The position numbers and the translations under genes were made by a program. This document shows positions 33,049 through 42,858 of a stretch of DNA of 51,245 bases, piece by piece. The stretch is from Candidatus Velthaea sp. (GTDB lineage Bacteria > Vulcanimicrobiota > Vulcanimicrobiia > Vulcanimicrobiales > Vulcanimicrobiaceae). Location: the NCBI GenBank assembly GCA_050012475.1, contig JBEKHC010000029.1, positions 1-51,245 on the forward strand, written 5' to 3'. Numbering within the stretch: the stretch's first letter is position 1; the number at the start of each line of letters is the position of its first letter. The notes beneath the pieces were generated by a model. The model saw nothing but the letters and a program-made list of their open reading frames with translations. It was not told where the DNA came from and made no database searches.

Positions 33049-34406
33049 CTCAGAGCGTTTTAGCCGACAACACCGCTGACTCGGGGGGTGAACGAGTCGC
33101 GGTGGTTGGTGGCGGCGTTGTCGGCTGCGTCGTGGCATTACGCCTCGCCGCAGCCGGCCGGCGCGTCACCCTCTTTGAGGCGGCACCCGACCTCGGCGGA
33201 CTCGCCGCCCCGTGGCAGCTCGGACCCCTGACCTGGGACCGGCACTACCACGTCATCTGCGAATCCGACAGCTTCACGCGCGCGCTCTTAGGCGAACTCG
33301 ATCTCGAGCACGAGATCAAGTGGTCGTCGGTGCGCACCGGGTTCTTCACCGGCGGGAAGCTGCACGAATTTACCAGTGCAAAAGATTTCTTCGCCTTTCC
33401 GCCGCTGCGTCTGCATGAGAAGCTGAGGCTCGGAGCGGCGATCGTGTACGCATCGCGCGCCAACCTCGACTCCTTGCGCCGCATCACCGCGGCGAAATGG
33501 CTGACGCGGCTGTGCGGACGGCGCGTGTACTCTCAGATTTGGGAGCCGCTCCTGCGGGCGAAGCTGGGGGCGAACGCGCCCAACGTCGCGGCTTCATTCA
33601 TCGCCGTCACGATTCGGCGGCTGTTCGGCGCGCGCACGAATTCCAAGGGTGCCGAGCGGTTTGGCTACGTTCCCGGCGGTTACGCCCGGATCTTCGCGGT
33701 GTTGCGCACCAAGCTCGAGCACGCGGGCATCGAGATTCGCTGCAGCACTAAGATCGGAAAGATCGGCCCGCGCGCGGGCGGCGGGGTCGACCTGGCCATC
33801 GGCGGCACGCACGAGTCGTTCGCGCAGGCGGTCGTGACCGCTCCGGTGCCGATCGTTCCGGCGCTCGTTCCGGATCTCACCGCGGCCGAACGCACGCGAC
33901 TGAGTTCGATTCCGTACGCCGGCGTGGTATGCGCCTCGCTGCTGCTCGACCAGCCGATCAGCCCGTATTACATCATGAACATCACCGATCACTGGGTGCC
34001 GTTCAGCGCCGTGATCGAGTTCTCCAACGTCACCGGGACGCAGCCCTTCGACGGCAAGTCGCTGGTGTATCTGCCTAAATACGTCGCCACGGACGACCCG
34101 CTGTTCTTGCAGGATGACGAAGCGATCCGCAACTCGTTCATCTCCGCGCTCATCCGCATGATTCCGGGCTTCGATCCCGCCGGGGTGTCGGCGTTCCGTG
34201 TCTCGCGCGTGCGCAACGTCTTCCCCTTCCCCATCGCGTCAGCGGCTTATGAGAAGCCGCCGTTTGCGACGTCGATTCCCGGCATCACGCTGGCGACCGC
34301 GGCGCAAATCGACGACGATACGCTCAATGTCGATCGCAGTGTCGCCTTAGCCAATGCGGCTGCGGATCACGTTCTTCACGCCGCCCCACAAGGAAGTCCC
34401 CGATGA
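33045..34406 (+). CDS. FAD-dependent oxidoreductase (amine oxidase/HemY-like fold)
   Basis: VVGGGVVG, EAAPDLGGL, WDRHYH, VYLPKY. Confidence 0.88.
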   Translation: MTQSVLADNTADSGGERVAVVGGGVVGCVVALRLAAAGRRVTLFEAAPDLGGLAAPWQLGPLTWDRHYHVICESDSFTRALLGELDLEHEIKWSSVRTGFFTGGKLHEFTSAKDFFAFPPLRLHEKLRLGAAIVYASRANLDSLRRITAAKWLTRLCGRRVYSQIWEPLLRAKLGANAPNVAASFIAVTIRRLFGARTNSKGAERFGYVPGGYARIFAVLRTKLEHAGIEIRCSTKIGKIGPRAGGGVDLAIGGTHESFAQAVVTAPVPIVPALVPDLTAAERTRLSSIPYAGVVCASLLLDQPISPYYIMNITDHWVPFSAVIEFSNVTGTQPFDGKSLVYLPKYVATDDPLFLQDDEAIRNSFISALIRMIPGFDPAGVSAFRVSRVRNVFPFPIASAAYEKPPFATSIPGITLATAAQIDDDTLNVDRSVALANAAADHVLHAAPQGSPR

Positions 34407-35359
34407 AGCCGCACGCCAGCCTTTCGCTCGACCTCGACAACGCGTGGTCGTACCTCAAAACGCGCAACGACGAGTCGTGGCAGAGTTTCCCGTCGTACCT
34501 CGATCTGGTCGTGCCGGATTCGCTCGCGACGATGGACAAGCATGGGTTGGCGCTGACGTACTTCATCGTCGGCCGGGATGCGGCGCTGCCGGGGAACCGG
34601 GCGGCGATGGAATTGCTGGGCGCGAGCCGGCACGAGATGGGCAACCACTCGTACGAGCACGAGCCGTGGATCACGGGCCGGACGGTGGCGGAGATCGCCG
34701 CGGAAATCGGGCTTGCGCAAGATGCGATCGCCGCCGCCACCGGGCGGCGCCCGTGCGGTTTTCGCAGCCCGGGGTATGCGATCGCGCCGCAGGTGCTCGA
34801 AGCGCTCGGGACGCTGGGATTCTTGTATGACGCATCGTCACTGCCGACGTGCATCGGGCCGATCGCTCGGGCCTACTATTTCGCGACCGCGAAGATGACG
34901 CCCGAAGAACGCGAGAAGCGCAAGGCACTGTTCGGGTCGGTGCGCGACGCGCTGCGGCCGCTCAAGCCGTATATGGTCGACACCGGTGCCGGCTCGCTGC
35001 TCGAGCTGCCCGTGACCACGTTCCCGGGACTGCGCCTGCCGATCCACTTCAGCTACGTGCTGTACTTGGCGGAGCGCTCGGAACTGGCAGCGATGACCTA
35101 CTTCCGGGCCGCGATGCGGGCTTGCCTCATGGGCGGCGTGCAGCCCTCGCTGCTGCTTCATCCGTTGGATTTCTTGGTGGCCGACGACTTCCCGTCGCTG
35201 GCCTTCTTCCCCGCAATGCACATGGCACGCGCGAAGAAACGCCGGGTGTTGGATGCGACGCTCAAGGAGTTCGCTGCGCACTTCGAGATCGTTGGGACGG
35301 GCGAGCATGCGCGCCGGGCGATCGAGTCGCTGACCCGGAGTTCGACGGTCGCGGCCTAA
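34403..35359 (+). CDS. Polysaccharide deacetylase family protein
   Basis: SLDLDN, TYFIVG, HEMGNHSYEH, GFRSPG, LLHPLD. Confidence 0.9.
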   Translation: MKPHASLSLDLDNAWSYLKTRNDESWQSFPSYLDLVVPDSLATMDKHGLALTYFIVGRDAALPGNRAAMELLGASRHEMGNHSYEHEPWITGRTVAEIAAEIGLAQDAIAAATGRRPCGFRSPGYAIAPQVLEALGTLGFLYDASSLPTCIGPIARAYYFATAKMTPEEREKRKALFGSVRDALRPLKPYMVDTGAGSLLELPVTTFPGLRLPIHFSYVLYLAERSELAAMTYFRAAMRACLMGGVQPSLLLHPLDFLVADDFPSLAFFPAMHMARAKKRRVLDATLKEFAAHFEIVGTGEHARRAIESLTRSSTVAA

Positions 35360-35434
35360 AGCTCCCGCTGCTCGTGTTTTAGGGCGGGCATAGAGGCCCG
35401 CCGAAGCTTCGATGACGATCGGAGCTTCTTTTTT
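35359..35434 (+). terminator. Structured 3' element / probable intrinsic terminator
   Basis: Outer aagctcc/ggagctt and inner ggcgggc/gcccgcc, followed by CTTTTTT; repeated at 37767-37843. Confidence 0.6.
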
Positions 35435-35829
35435 GCGCGGCCTGACATTCCGTACGAAGGTTTTGGCTCTACCTCGTGCTCGTCTAAATCTAAATGGGCC
35501 GTCGAACGAGCGGCGTGAGCGAATCTTAACTATCTTGCGAGGAGCAGCCGTCTGGTCCACCCGTGGCGCGGCGTTCGTATCCTGCGCCCTTTGGACTACT
35601 TTGCCCGGGCTGGAAATCGCATCGATGCCATCGTTAGGAAATCGCGCGAAGTCACGCCCAGGATCCGCACGCTGTCGTTGCCGCGAATTGGGCAAGGCCA
35701 ACCAGTCAACTGCTTGTCAGCCGCTCAAGATGAGAAATACTAGCGCCAAAGGTTAAGCTTTCAGACCCGGGCTATACCCCGGGATAGCATCTGGGGTAAA
35801 ATGGGCTTAATGGCTAGATGGAGGTCCTC

Positions 35830-36225
35830 ATGGAAGAACAATTACTGGTTTCGCCACGCATCAATCCAGAGGAGGCGCTTGCCAACCTTGACCGCGCCGA
35901 TCGGCTGCCCATCTCCGAGGTCGCTAGTGATCTCGTGGCCTGGATCGGATTGGGACTAACGGCATTGGCTGGAGCTGTCAATGAAACCCGGTTCGTTCAT
36001 CAGTGGATCGAGGGAAAGCAGCCACGTCGGCCGGCCTCGTTGCGCGCTGCTTGGCGAGCAGCGTACATCATCACATCGGTTTGTGGCACTGAAGCTGCCA
36101 AGGCGTGGTTTATCGGTCAGAAGCTCGAGTTCGACTTCCAATCACCGATCCGCGTCCTTCAACAGAATACCGACGACGCGCGAACTGCCGTGGTCCGAGC
36201 TGCGGTACGCTTTGCCATGACCTAA
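35830..36225 (+). CDS. Xre/MbcA/ParS-like antitoxin
   Basis: GGAGG RBS; ETRFVHQWIEG HTH-like segment; AKAWF..F..QSPIRVL..AVVRAA..F C-terminal pattern; directly upstream of a RES gene. Confidence 0.78.
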   Translation: MEEQLLVSPRINPEEALANLDRADRLPISEVASDLVAWIGLGLTALAGAVNETRFVHQWIEGKQPRRPASLRAAWRAAYIITSVCGTEAAKAWFIGQKLEFDFQSPIRVLQQNTDDARTAVVRAAVRFAMT

Positions 36226-36231
36226 CGGCGC

Positions 36232-36881
36232 GTGCCATTTCACCTCGTAGCGCTTCCCCGGCGAATCTATCGTGTCGGCTGGGGCAATAATCCAATCGCT
36301 TTAGCACCGCTGAGGATCCTTCGTGCTCGCCCCGGCCGCTGGGACGATCTGAAGTATCGATTCCGCACGGGATACTACGGTGACTCGCTCGTTACGTGCT
36401 TCATCGAGACTCTCTCCGCCATGCGTCCGGATCCAACTACCGTCGCGGCGTTGCGTTCGTTGGGCGCATCCCTTCCCGATTTCGATATCGCGATCCGGGA
36501 AGCACTCGCTCCAAAGAGTGCATCGGTGTTGATCTCGCAGGAGGATCGTATCGTCGACATCGTTCACGCACAGTCACGAACAGAATTTGAGCTTCGCACG
36601 CGCCGGCGAAAAAAGACCAAGGCGGGCGACTTCCTAGCCGCAGACCAGCGCGTAGCGCGGCGCGCTGCAGGTATCGTTTACGATGCGAGCTATTGCGGCG
36701 TTTGCGCACCGTCGGCAGAAGCGTTGGAATCGACGCGAAAAGTTATGCGATGACGCTCAATATTTTCGAGACGAGACTTGGATCGGATCAGTTGCGCGCC
36801 CCGCTTGTTCCGCATACGGTGCGGCCCGCCCTCGAGCAAACGATCGACATCGCCAGCGCTCGACATTTCCTGGGACTTTAA
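36232..36881 (+). pseudogene. RES-domain toxin split into two frames (36232-36753 and 36750-36881)
   Basis: IYRVG (R), GRWDD..FRT.Y, CFIETL (E), GVCAPS (S); the expected final strand and helix (TLNIFE...DIASARHFLGL) are in the -1 frame. Confidence 0.72.
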
Positions 36882-37091
36882 GCGCAAGAGCTGCCCGTTC
36901 TACGGCGCAAACGCGGCCCCGACGACGGGTGCAGTTTGCCGCATCCCCGCGAGGAGTGCTATGTCCGTGGCGACGCGCGTCCACGTGAAGTAATCGATTA
37001 CGCGCCGCCGGCGCGGACGCCCATCGCTTCCGCCCCATTGGGATTGGCGAAGAGTTGCGTCACCGTGGCGGCGGCCTTGCTTCTCGACGTT

Positions 37092-37844
37092 TTCCCCATC
37101 GCGTCAGCGGCGTACGAGAAGCCGCCGTTTGCGACGTCGATCCCCGGCATCACGCTGGCGACGGCGGCGCAAATCGACGACGACACACTCAATGTCGATC
37201 GCAGTGTCGCCTTAGCCAATGCGGCTGCGGAACACGTTCTTCACGCCGCCCCACAAGGAAGTCCCCGATGAAGCCGCACGCCAGCCTTTCGCTCGACCTC
37301 GATAACGCGTGGTCGTACCTCAAAACGCGCAACGACGAGTCGTGGCAGAGTTTCCCGTCGTACCTCGATGTGGTCGTACCGGATTCGCTCGCGACGATGG
37401 ACAAGCATGGATTGGCGCTGACGTACTTCATCGTCGGCCGGGATGCGGCGCTGCCGGGGAACCGGGCGGCGATGGAACTGTTGGGCGCGAGCCGCCACGA
37501 GATGGGCAACCACTCCTACGAGCACGAACCGTGGATCACGGGCCGGACGGTGGCGGAGATCGCCGCGGAGATCGGGCTGGCGCAAGATGCGATCGCCGCC
37601 ACCGGCCGGCGGCCGTGCGGTTTTCGCAGCCCGGGGTATGCGATCGCCGCCGGGTGTTGGATGCGACGCTCAAGGAGTTCGCTGCGCACTTCGAGATCGT
37701 TGGGACGGGCGAGCATGCGCGCCGCGCGATCGAGTCGCTGACCCGGAGTTCGACGGTCGCGGCCTAAAGCTCCCGCTGCTCGTGTTTTAGGGCGGGCATA
37801 GAGGCCCGCCGAAGCTTCGATGACGATCGGAGCTTCTTTTTTTG
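37092..37844 (+). pseudogene. Diverged partial duplicate of 34227-35435 (oxidoreductase 3' end, internally deleted deacetylase, terminator)
   Basis: Direct alignment by eye; lacks the equivalent of 34786-35239 (454 bp), which causes a frameshift. Confidence 0.95.
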
Positions 37845-37863
37845 GGCGATGAACTCGCCGGGT

Positions 37864-38079
37864 TTAGCGGGTGACGCGGTCCGGGGTTACGTTGTTCGCG
37901 GCGCGGGCGGCAACCGAGTCGATTTGCTCCTGTGTCCAGGGCTTATCGAAACCGATCCCCGTTCCACGGTCGGAAAGGTCGTTGTGGATGCCCAGGTCCG
38001 TGGTGATGGCCGCCGGAATGCCGTCGATTTTTGTCGGCGGCGCGGTGAAGAATTGCGGTGCGATGCTCTCGAGCGACAT
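37864..38079 (-). CDS. Small hypothetical protein (71 aa)
   Basis: GGAGGA RBS before ATG; protein-like composition; converges on the terminator. Confidence 0.65.
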   Translation of the reverse strand: MSLESIAPQFFTAPPTKIDGIPAAITTDLGIHNDLSDRGTGIGFDKPWTQEQIDSVAARAANNVTPDRVTR

Positions 38080-38326
38080 GGTTCCTCCGCTGCGTCAGGA
38101 AGCGTTTCCCGGGCTCTTCGCGCCGGTGCAGCCAATACCCGGCCGGCGCGCCTGCTACGGTGCTGATTCTGCGGGTGCGATATCGCCGGGAAGCATATCG
38201 CTCATCATCGTACGACTTATCATCGTACGCATGAACGGCGCGGTACGCATGAACGTCGCGCAGCGATCCGGTTCAGCACCGCTTGAGCCGCGTAGCGTTC
38301 ATGGACGTCTGGGTATATGAACCGCG

Positions 38327-39706
38327 GTGCTGCGCAGACGTCGTAGGAATCTCCAGGTATTTTTTAACGGGTGCGCCGTCTCTGCGATCGTCTTCCTGGT
38401 GGCCCTCCTCGGGCTGCCTGGTTCCGCCTCGGCAGCGCCCTGGCTTTTCCTGAGCGATATCCATTTCGATCCGCGATCGCGGTCGACCGTCCCATCCTAT
38501 CCGGGCGAGGACACGAACCTCGTGTTGCTTCGCGCGTCGATTGCGGAAATGAAGCGTGTCGATCCGGCGCCGCCCGTCGTCGTGATAACCGGCGATTTTC
38601 TCGCCCATCACTTCGACTCGAGCAAGGCGATACCGACGATGAAGGCACTTGCAGTGCGATTCAACGCGGCGTTTCCCCAGGCCCAATTCGTGATCGCTTT
38701 GGGCAACGAAGACTCCGCCTGCGGCGACTACGCGCTTACGCTGAACGCGCCGTTTCTGCCGGCGGTCGCCGCGGCGTGGGAGCCGCTGGTCAATCGCCGT
38801 GGCGCCGCGCCGGCGTTCCTGCGAACCTTCTCGCGCGACGGCTTCTACACGGCGACGCTGCCGATTCCACACTTGCGGGCCGTGGTCATCGACGACGTCT
38901 TTTGGTCAACGCGGTACCACACACCGTGCGGCGGGAAAAGTGCCGGAGGCCAAACGCTTTCGGCTCTCCGCGCCGCCCTCCAACACTCGGACGACGATCG
39001 CCACTGGATCGTGGGCCACATTCCGCCAGGAATCGACGCCTTTTCGACGATCCAGCTTTTTCATCGCCTGGTCGTCGCGCCATTTCTCGAACCGTCCGCA
39101 CGGCAAGGGTTCCTCGCGCTGGCCAACGATTCACGTTCTCACGTTACGCTCGTGTTGATGGCGCACACCCACAAGTTTTCCTATCGCGTCGACGCGACCG
39201 GCGGGACGCATGCAGCGCCGATCTTCATCATCCCCGCGGTCTCACCGATCTTCGCGAACGCGCCGTCATTCCTCACCGTAAACGTCCGGCCTGACGGCGC
39301 CATCGCTGACGCGGACGACCACGCCTTCCTTAACGGCCGGTGGCGAGATATCGGCGGAACGCGGACCCTCGGCCTCGCTGCGGTCACCGCCCCCGAACTG
39401 CTTGCCTTGCAGTCACGCCTGGCGGCCAGCCCCGCGCTGCGCGCTACCTACGCTCGGCTCTATAACGCCGGCGCGCGTCCCGAGATCGACGAAAAGAACT
39501 GGCGCGCTTACTGGTGCACGACCACCGCGTTCACCGCCGGAGAGTTCGACGCATGCATCGGGCACGGTGCCGGCATCAGTCTCATTACGGCGCGTGGGAT
39601 CCGCGTGATCGCGGTTGCCGCGTTGGGCCTCGTCGCCTTAATCGCCGTAGCAGGAGCGCTTGTGTATCGCTTCCGGCGCAAGCGCAAGTCCGCCCCGGGT
39701 TCGTAG
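38327..39706 (+). CDS. Exported metallophosphoesterase, acid sphingomyelinase-like, with C-terminal membrane anchor
   Basis: SDIHFDP, TGDFLAH, LGNED, GHIPPG, AHTH; signal peptide; terminal TM helix plus RFRRKRK. Confidence 0.85.
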   Translation: MLRRRRRNLQVFFNGCAVSAIVFLVALLGLPGSASAAPWLFLSDIHFDPRSRSTVPSYPGEDTNLVLLRASIAEMKRVDPAPPVVVITGDFLAHHFDSSKAIPTMKALAVRFNAAFPQAQFVIALGNEDSACGDYALTLNAPFLPAVAAAWEPLVNRRGAAPAFLRTFSRDGFYTATLPIPHLRAVVIDDVFWSTRYHTPCGGKSAGGQTLSALRAALQHSDDDRHWIVGHIPPGIDAFSTIQLFHRLVVAPFLEPSARQGFLALANDSRSHVTLVLMAHTHKFSYRVDATGGTHAAPIFIIPAVSPIFANAPSFLTVNVRPDGAIADADDHAFLNGRWRDIGGTRTLGLAAVTAPELLALQSRLAASPALRATYARLYNAGARPEIDEKNWRAYWCTTTAFTAGEFDACIGHGAGISLITARGIRVIAVAALGLVALIAVAGALVYRFRRKRKSAPGS

Positions 39707-40015
39707 TCAACGCTCCACCCCAATGTCGTCCACTGCTGATCCGCGCCGATCCCAATCAAACGATGCGCCACGCCGCCTTTCGATCCGCGCATTGCTGCCA
39801 CGGGAATCGACGACACTCGGCCGTATCTCGCGGCGACCGATTTGAAGCTCCTGCCGATTTGCAGCGGCGGTGGCATTCGCGCGAAATTCGCCTCGCCGAA
39901 CACTGCGCGAGATCTCGGCTCGACTCGCGGAGTTCTACGCTCGACAATCTTCCGCGGCGCGAAGATCACGTCTCAGCACGTGTTCACGCCGGCGCGAACA
40001 ACAAAAGCTACGCAC

Positions 40016-41182
40016 CTAGAGCACGTCGCGGATCGCTTCGCGAAAGTCATTTGCAAAGTTCGCATACGAAAACTTTTTGGCGTGAGCAGAAATCGAATTC
40101 GAGTCGAATTGCATGGTCTCAAAACGCTCGATTGCGTCTGCGAATGCGTCCGCCGTCTGAGTTGGCGAAAAAATGCCCGTAACACCGTCCACGACGGTTT
40201 CTAACGCCCCTCCTTTCGCATACGCGATGACTGGCCGGCCACAGGCCATCATCTCGACCGGCGTCATACCATAGTCCTCAAAGGCCGGGAAGATGAGTGC
40301 CCTGGCATGCCGCATGAGCTCGGCCAGATGCTCGTCCGAAACATGCCCGACATAGTCGACGTGCCGGTCGCAGAGCCCCGTCTTCATAGGCCCCGTGCCC
40401 GCGACGATCAGTCGTCGATTCAACTTCGCAGTTGCTGCGACGGCGATGTCGACCCTTTTGTAAGGAACGAGGCGAGACGCCACGAGATAATAATCACCCA
40501 CCGACTGATCGCCCGAGAGGTAAAACGTGTGTTCATCGAGCGGAGGATGCACGATCCGGCTGTCACGGCCATAGTGACGCCGGATCCGCTCTTGTGTTGT
40601 CGCACTATTCGCAAGAAAAAGATCTACGCGGCCGGCGGTTATATAATCCCATTCACGCAGCTGCGAAAGTGCTCGCGCGGCGATGGGTCTGAGCAAACGC
40701 GGGAGCTCTTCGATCTCCTCGATGCTTCGCTCCCAAAGCGCGCGCATGGGTGTATGACAGTAGCAGATATGACGCTGATCGCTGTTGCGAAGAATACCTT
40801 TCGCCGCGGTGTGATGCGACGAGATGATGATGTCGTACGAACGCAAGTCGATGCTTTCAACAGCCGACGGATAGAGTGGCAGCAGCCAGCGGTGTCTTCG
40901 CGTTGAACCTGGGATGCGCTGTAGCGCCGTGGGAACAACGCGGTCGGCAATGTGCGCGGGACCGGTCTTCTCTGAATACAAAACCGCGTGAATTGGGGCT
41001 TGGGGAAACATGCGGCAGAGCACATCGGCAACGACCCGCTCTGCTCCGCCACGCTGAACGAGCGGATCGGAAACAATGGCAATCCGGGCTTCGCGTCCGT
41101 CTATTTGTATCGGTGGACCGAAATCGTCGCTCACGGTCGGGACGGAACGGCCGGCCACGGCTGAACTCAGGAGCGTTTTCAA
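40016..41182 (-). CDS. GT4 glycosyltransferase (WbaZ-like)
   Basis: GGAERV, CYCHTPMR, SRLVPYKRVD, EDYGMTPVE. Confidence 0.93.
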   Translation of the reverse strand: MKTLLSSAVAGRSVPTVSDDFGPPIQIDGREARIAIVSDPLVQRGGAERVVADVLCRMFPQAPIHAVLYSEKTGPAHIADRVVPTALQRIPGSTRRHRWLLPLYPSAVESIDLRSYDIIISSHHTAAKGILRNSDQRHICYCHTPMRALWERSIEEIEELPRLLRPIAARALSQLREWDYITAGRVDLFLANSATTQERIRRHYGRDSRIVHPPLDEHTFYLSGDQSVGDYYLVASRLVPYKRVDIAVAATAKLNRRLIVAGTGPMKTGLCDRHVDYVGHVSDEHLAELMRHARALIFPAFEDYGMTPVEMMACGRPVIAYAKGGALETVVDGVTGIFSPTQTADAFADAIERFETMQFDSNSISAHAKKFSYANFANDFREAIRDVL

Positions 41183-42312
41183 GCCAGGCTCCTCCGCAAA
41201 ATGTCTGAGACTAAGCGCGCATGCTGTGGCGCGTCAAAACGGGCACTCCGGTCGCGAGCCTGCCGGCCGCTGCGCTCCCTGTCCAATGGGTCCCGCAAGA
41301 GTTCGAACAACGCCTCGGCAAACGCTCCCGTATCTCCGGCCGAAACGAGACGGCCGTCTTCGCCGTCGCTGATGATGTCAGTCGCCCCGCCGTCATCGAA
41401 TGCAACCGTCGGCACACCGGCCGCCGCGGCTTCAATGATCGAGCGTCCGAACGGCTCACGCTCAGAACAATTGCAATGAACGTCAAGGGCCGCGTAAGCG
41501 ATTCTCGGGTCGCTCTGCCAAGGGATAAAAGCAGTCTGCTCGGCGATGCCGAGTTCCCCGGCGAGACGGTGCAGTTCCGGAACGAAGTCCGCGTCACGGA
41601 AACGCGCTTCGCCAATGATCGCGCAACGAACTGGGAGTCGAGCGTTGACTGCTGCAGCCGCACGAAGAAATCGATCGTGGCCCTTCCAACGATTGATCCG
41701 CCCAACAATACCGACGAGAGGCAGATCGTCTCTTGGTATTCCAAGCTCGCGACGCGCCTCGGCGCGCTCCGGCACTCGTCTGTACTGCGAAAGATCGACC
41801 GGATTCGAAACCACCGTAGTGCGCGGAATGCCGTACCAGTGGGAAAGTGCCTGGGAGATCGCAATGCGTTCGCGCGAACAGGCCTTCGCGATTGCGCGAA
41901 CGGCGACGCGCCCCGCGCCCGAAACCATATCGCGTAAATGCATCACGCTTGGAATGCCACAAAGCCGAGCGGCAGGCGCCGCGATGACATGTGCTTTCAT
42001 AGTATTGGTATGAACCAAGTCGATGTTCCGGCCAGTGAGGAAGCCAGCTACTGCTCGAATTGCACCGGGCAATGCAAGCGAACCGATTGACGAGGGGCGC
42101 TCGCGCGTAACCCTGCGCAATCTCTCCGACACGCTGATGATCGTGGTTGAAAGGCCATATTCGCGGAGTCTCTGAGCAAACTCACCGTCCTCGAATAAAA
42201 CCATACTAGGATTGATATCACTTGGCAGATTCTGAAGAAAGAGACTCAAGCTCTCCTCAGCACCGCCGGGCTGCGCTCCCGTCTGACTAACAAACGCTAC
42301 GCGCATGGGCAC
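41179..42312 (-). CDS. GT4 glycosyltransferase
   Basis: GGAEES, VGRINRWKGH, EPFGRSIIEA. Confidence 0.93.
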   Translation of the reverse strand: MPMRVAFVSQTGAQPGGAEESLSLFLQNLPSDINPSMVLFEDGEFAQRLREYGLSTTIISVSERLRRVTRERPSSIGSLALPGAIRAVAGFLTGRNIDLVHTNTMKAHVIAAPAARLCGIPSVMHLRDMVSGAGRVAVRAIAKACSRERIAISQALSHWYGIPRTTVVSNPVDLSQYRRVPERAEARRELGIPRDDLPLVGIVGRINRWKGHDRFLRAAAAVNARLPVRCAIIGEARFRDADFVPELHRLAGELGIAEQTAFIPWQSDPRIAYAALDVHCNCSEREPFGRSIIEAAAAGVPTVAFDDGGATDIISDGEDGRLVSAGDTGAFAEALFELLRDPLDRERSGRQARDRSARFDAPQHARLVSDILRRSLA

Positions 42313-42858
42313 CCACTGTCATCAGCTCTCGCATAAATGAGCCGCACGGTTGCGCTGCTAATCATAAGGACTTCAATCGAAAGGCGACTTACCCGACCAC
42401 CGCTCGGCCGCCTGAATAGAAAATCTCGATCGACTCTCCTGAAATGTGGTTACCCACTTTGCGTAATAGCTAACGCTCTTGCAGGCTACCACAATCATAC
42501 GCATTGTGAGAAAGTCCAATGGTCGTGCTTTGTTAAGTTGGGTTTACAAAACTTGGCACGTGCGTTTCCTTAGCAGGACATATACGTTATCGAGATCTTG
42601 CTCGTCTGTACCCTCTATCGACCGTGCGGTAAATATCGACTGTATCCAAAGGGCCCGCCTTTTTCGTTCGCTCGCGGTAATAGGGATAATTATCGCGTTT
42701 GTTATCGGATGGTTGAACGTCGCATAACGCATTATCTATTGCCCCATATGAATATTGCTCCATACGAACGATATTCCCATTGGACGCTAAGCAACTTGCA
42801 AGTTCAAGTTTTTACTAATGTAAGCACGCGCCGTCTGAATTCGGCTATCAGCCGACTG

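Noticed and set aside
35412..35756. 114-aa ORF upstream of the antitoxin
   Set aside because: Starts inside the terminator, has no RBS and no recognisable motif
37845..37859. ggcgatgaactcgcc resembling the start of a fluoride riboswitch
   Set aside because: The downstream pseudoknot motif is absent and no same-strand gene follows
42553..42570. TTGGCACG as a sigma54 -24 box
   Set aside because: The -12 position reads TTTCC rather than TTGC, and no + strand gene lies downstream
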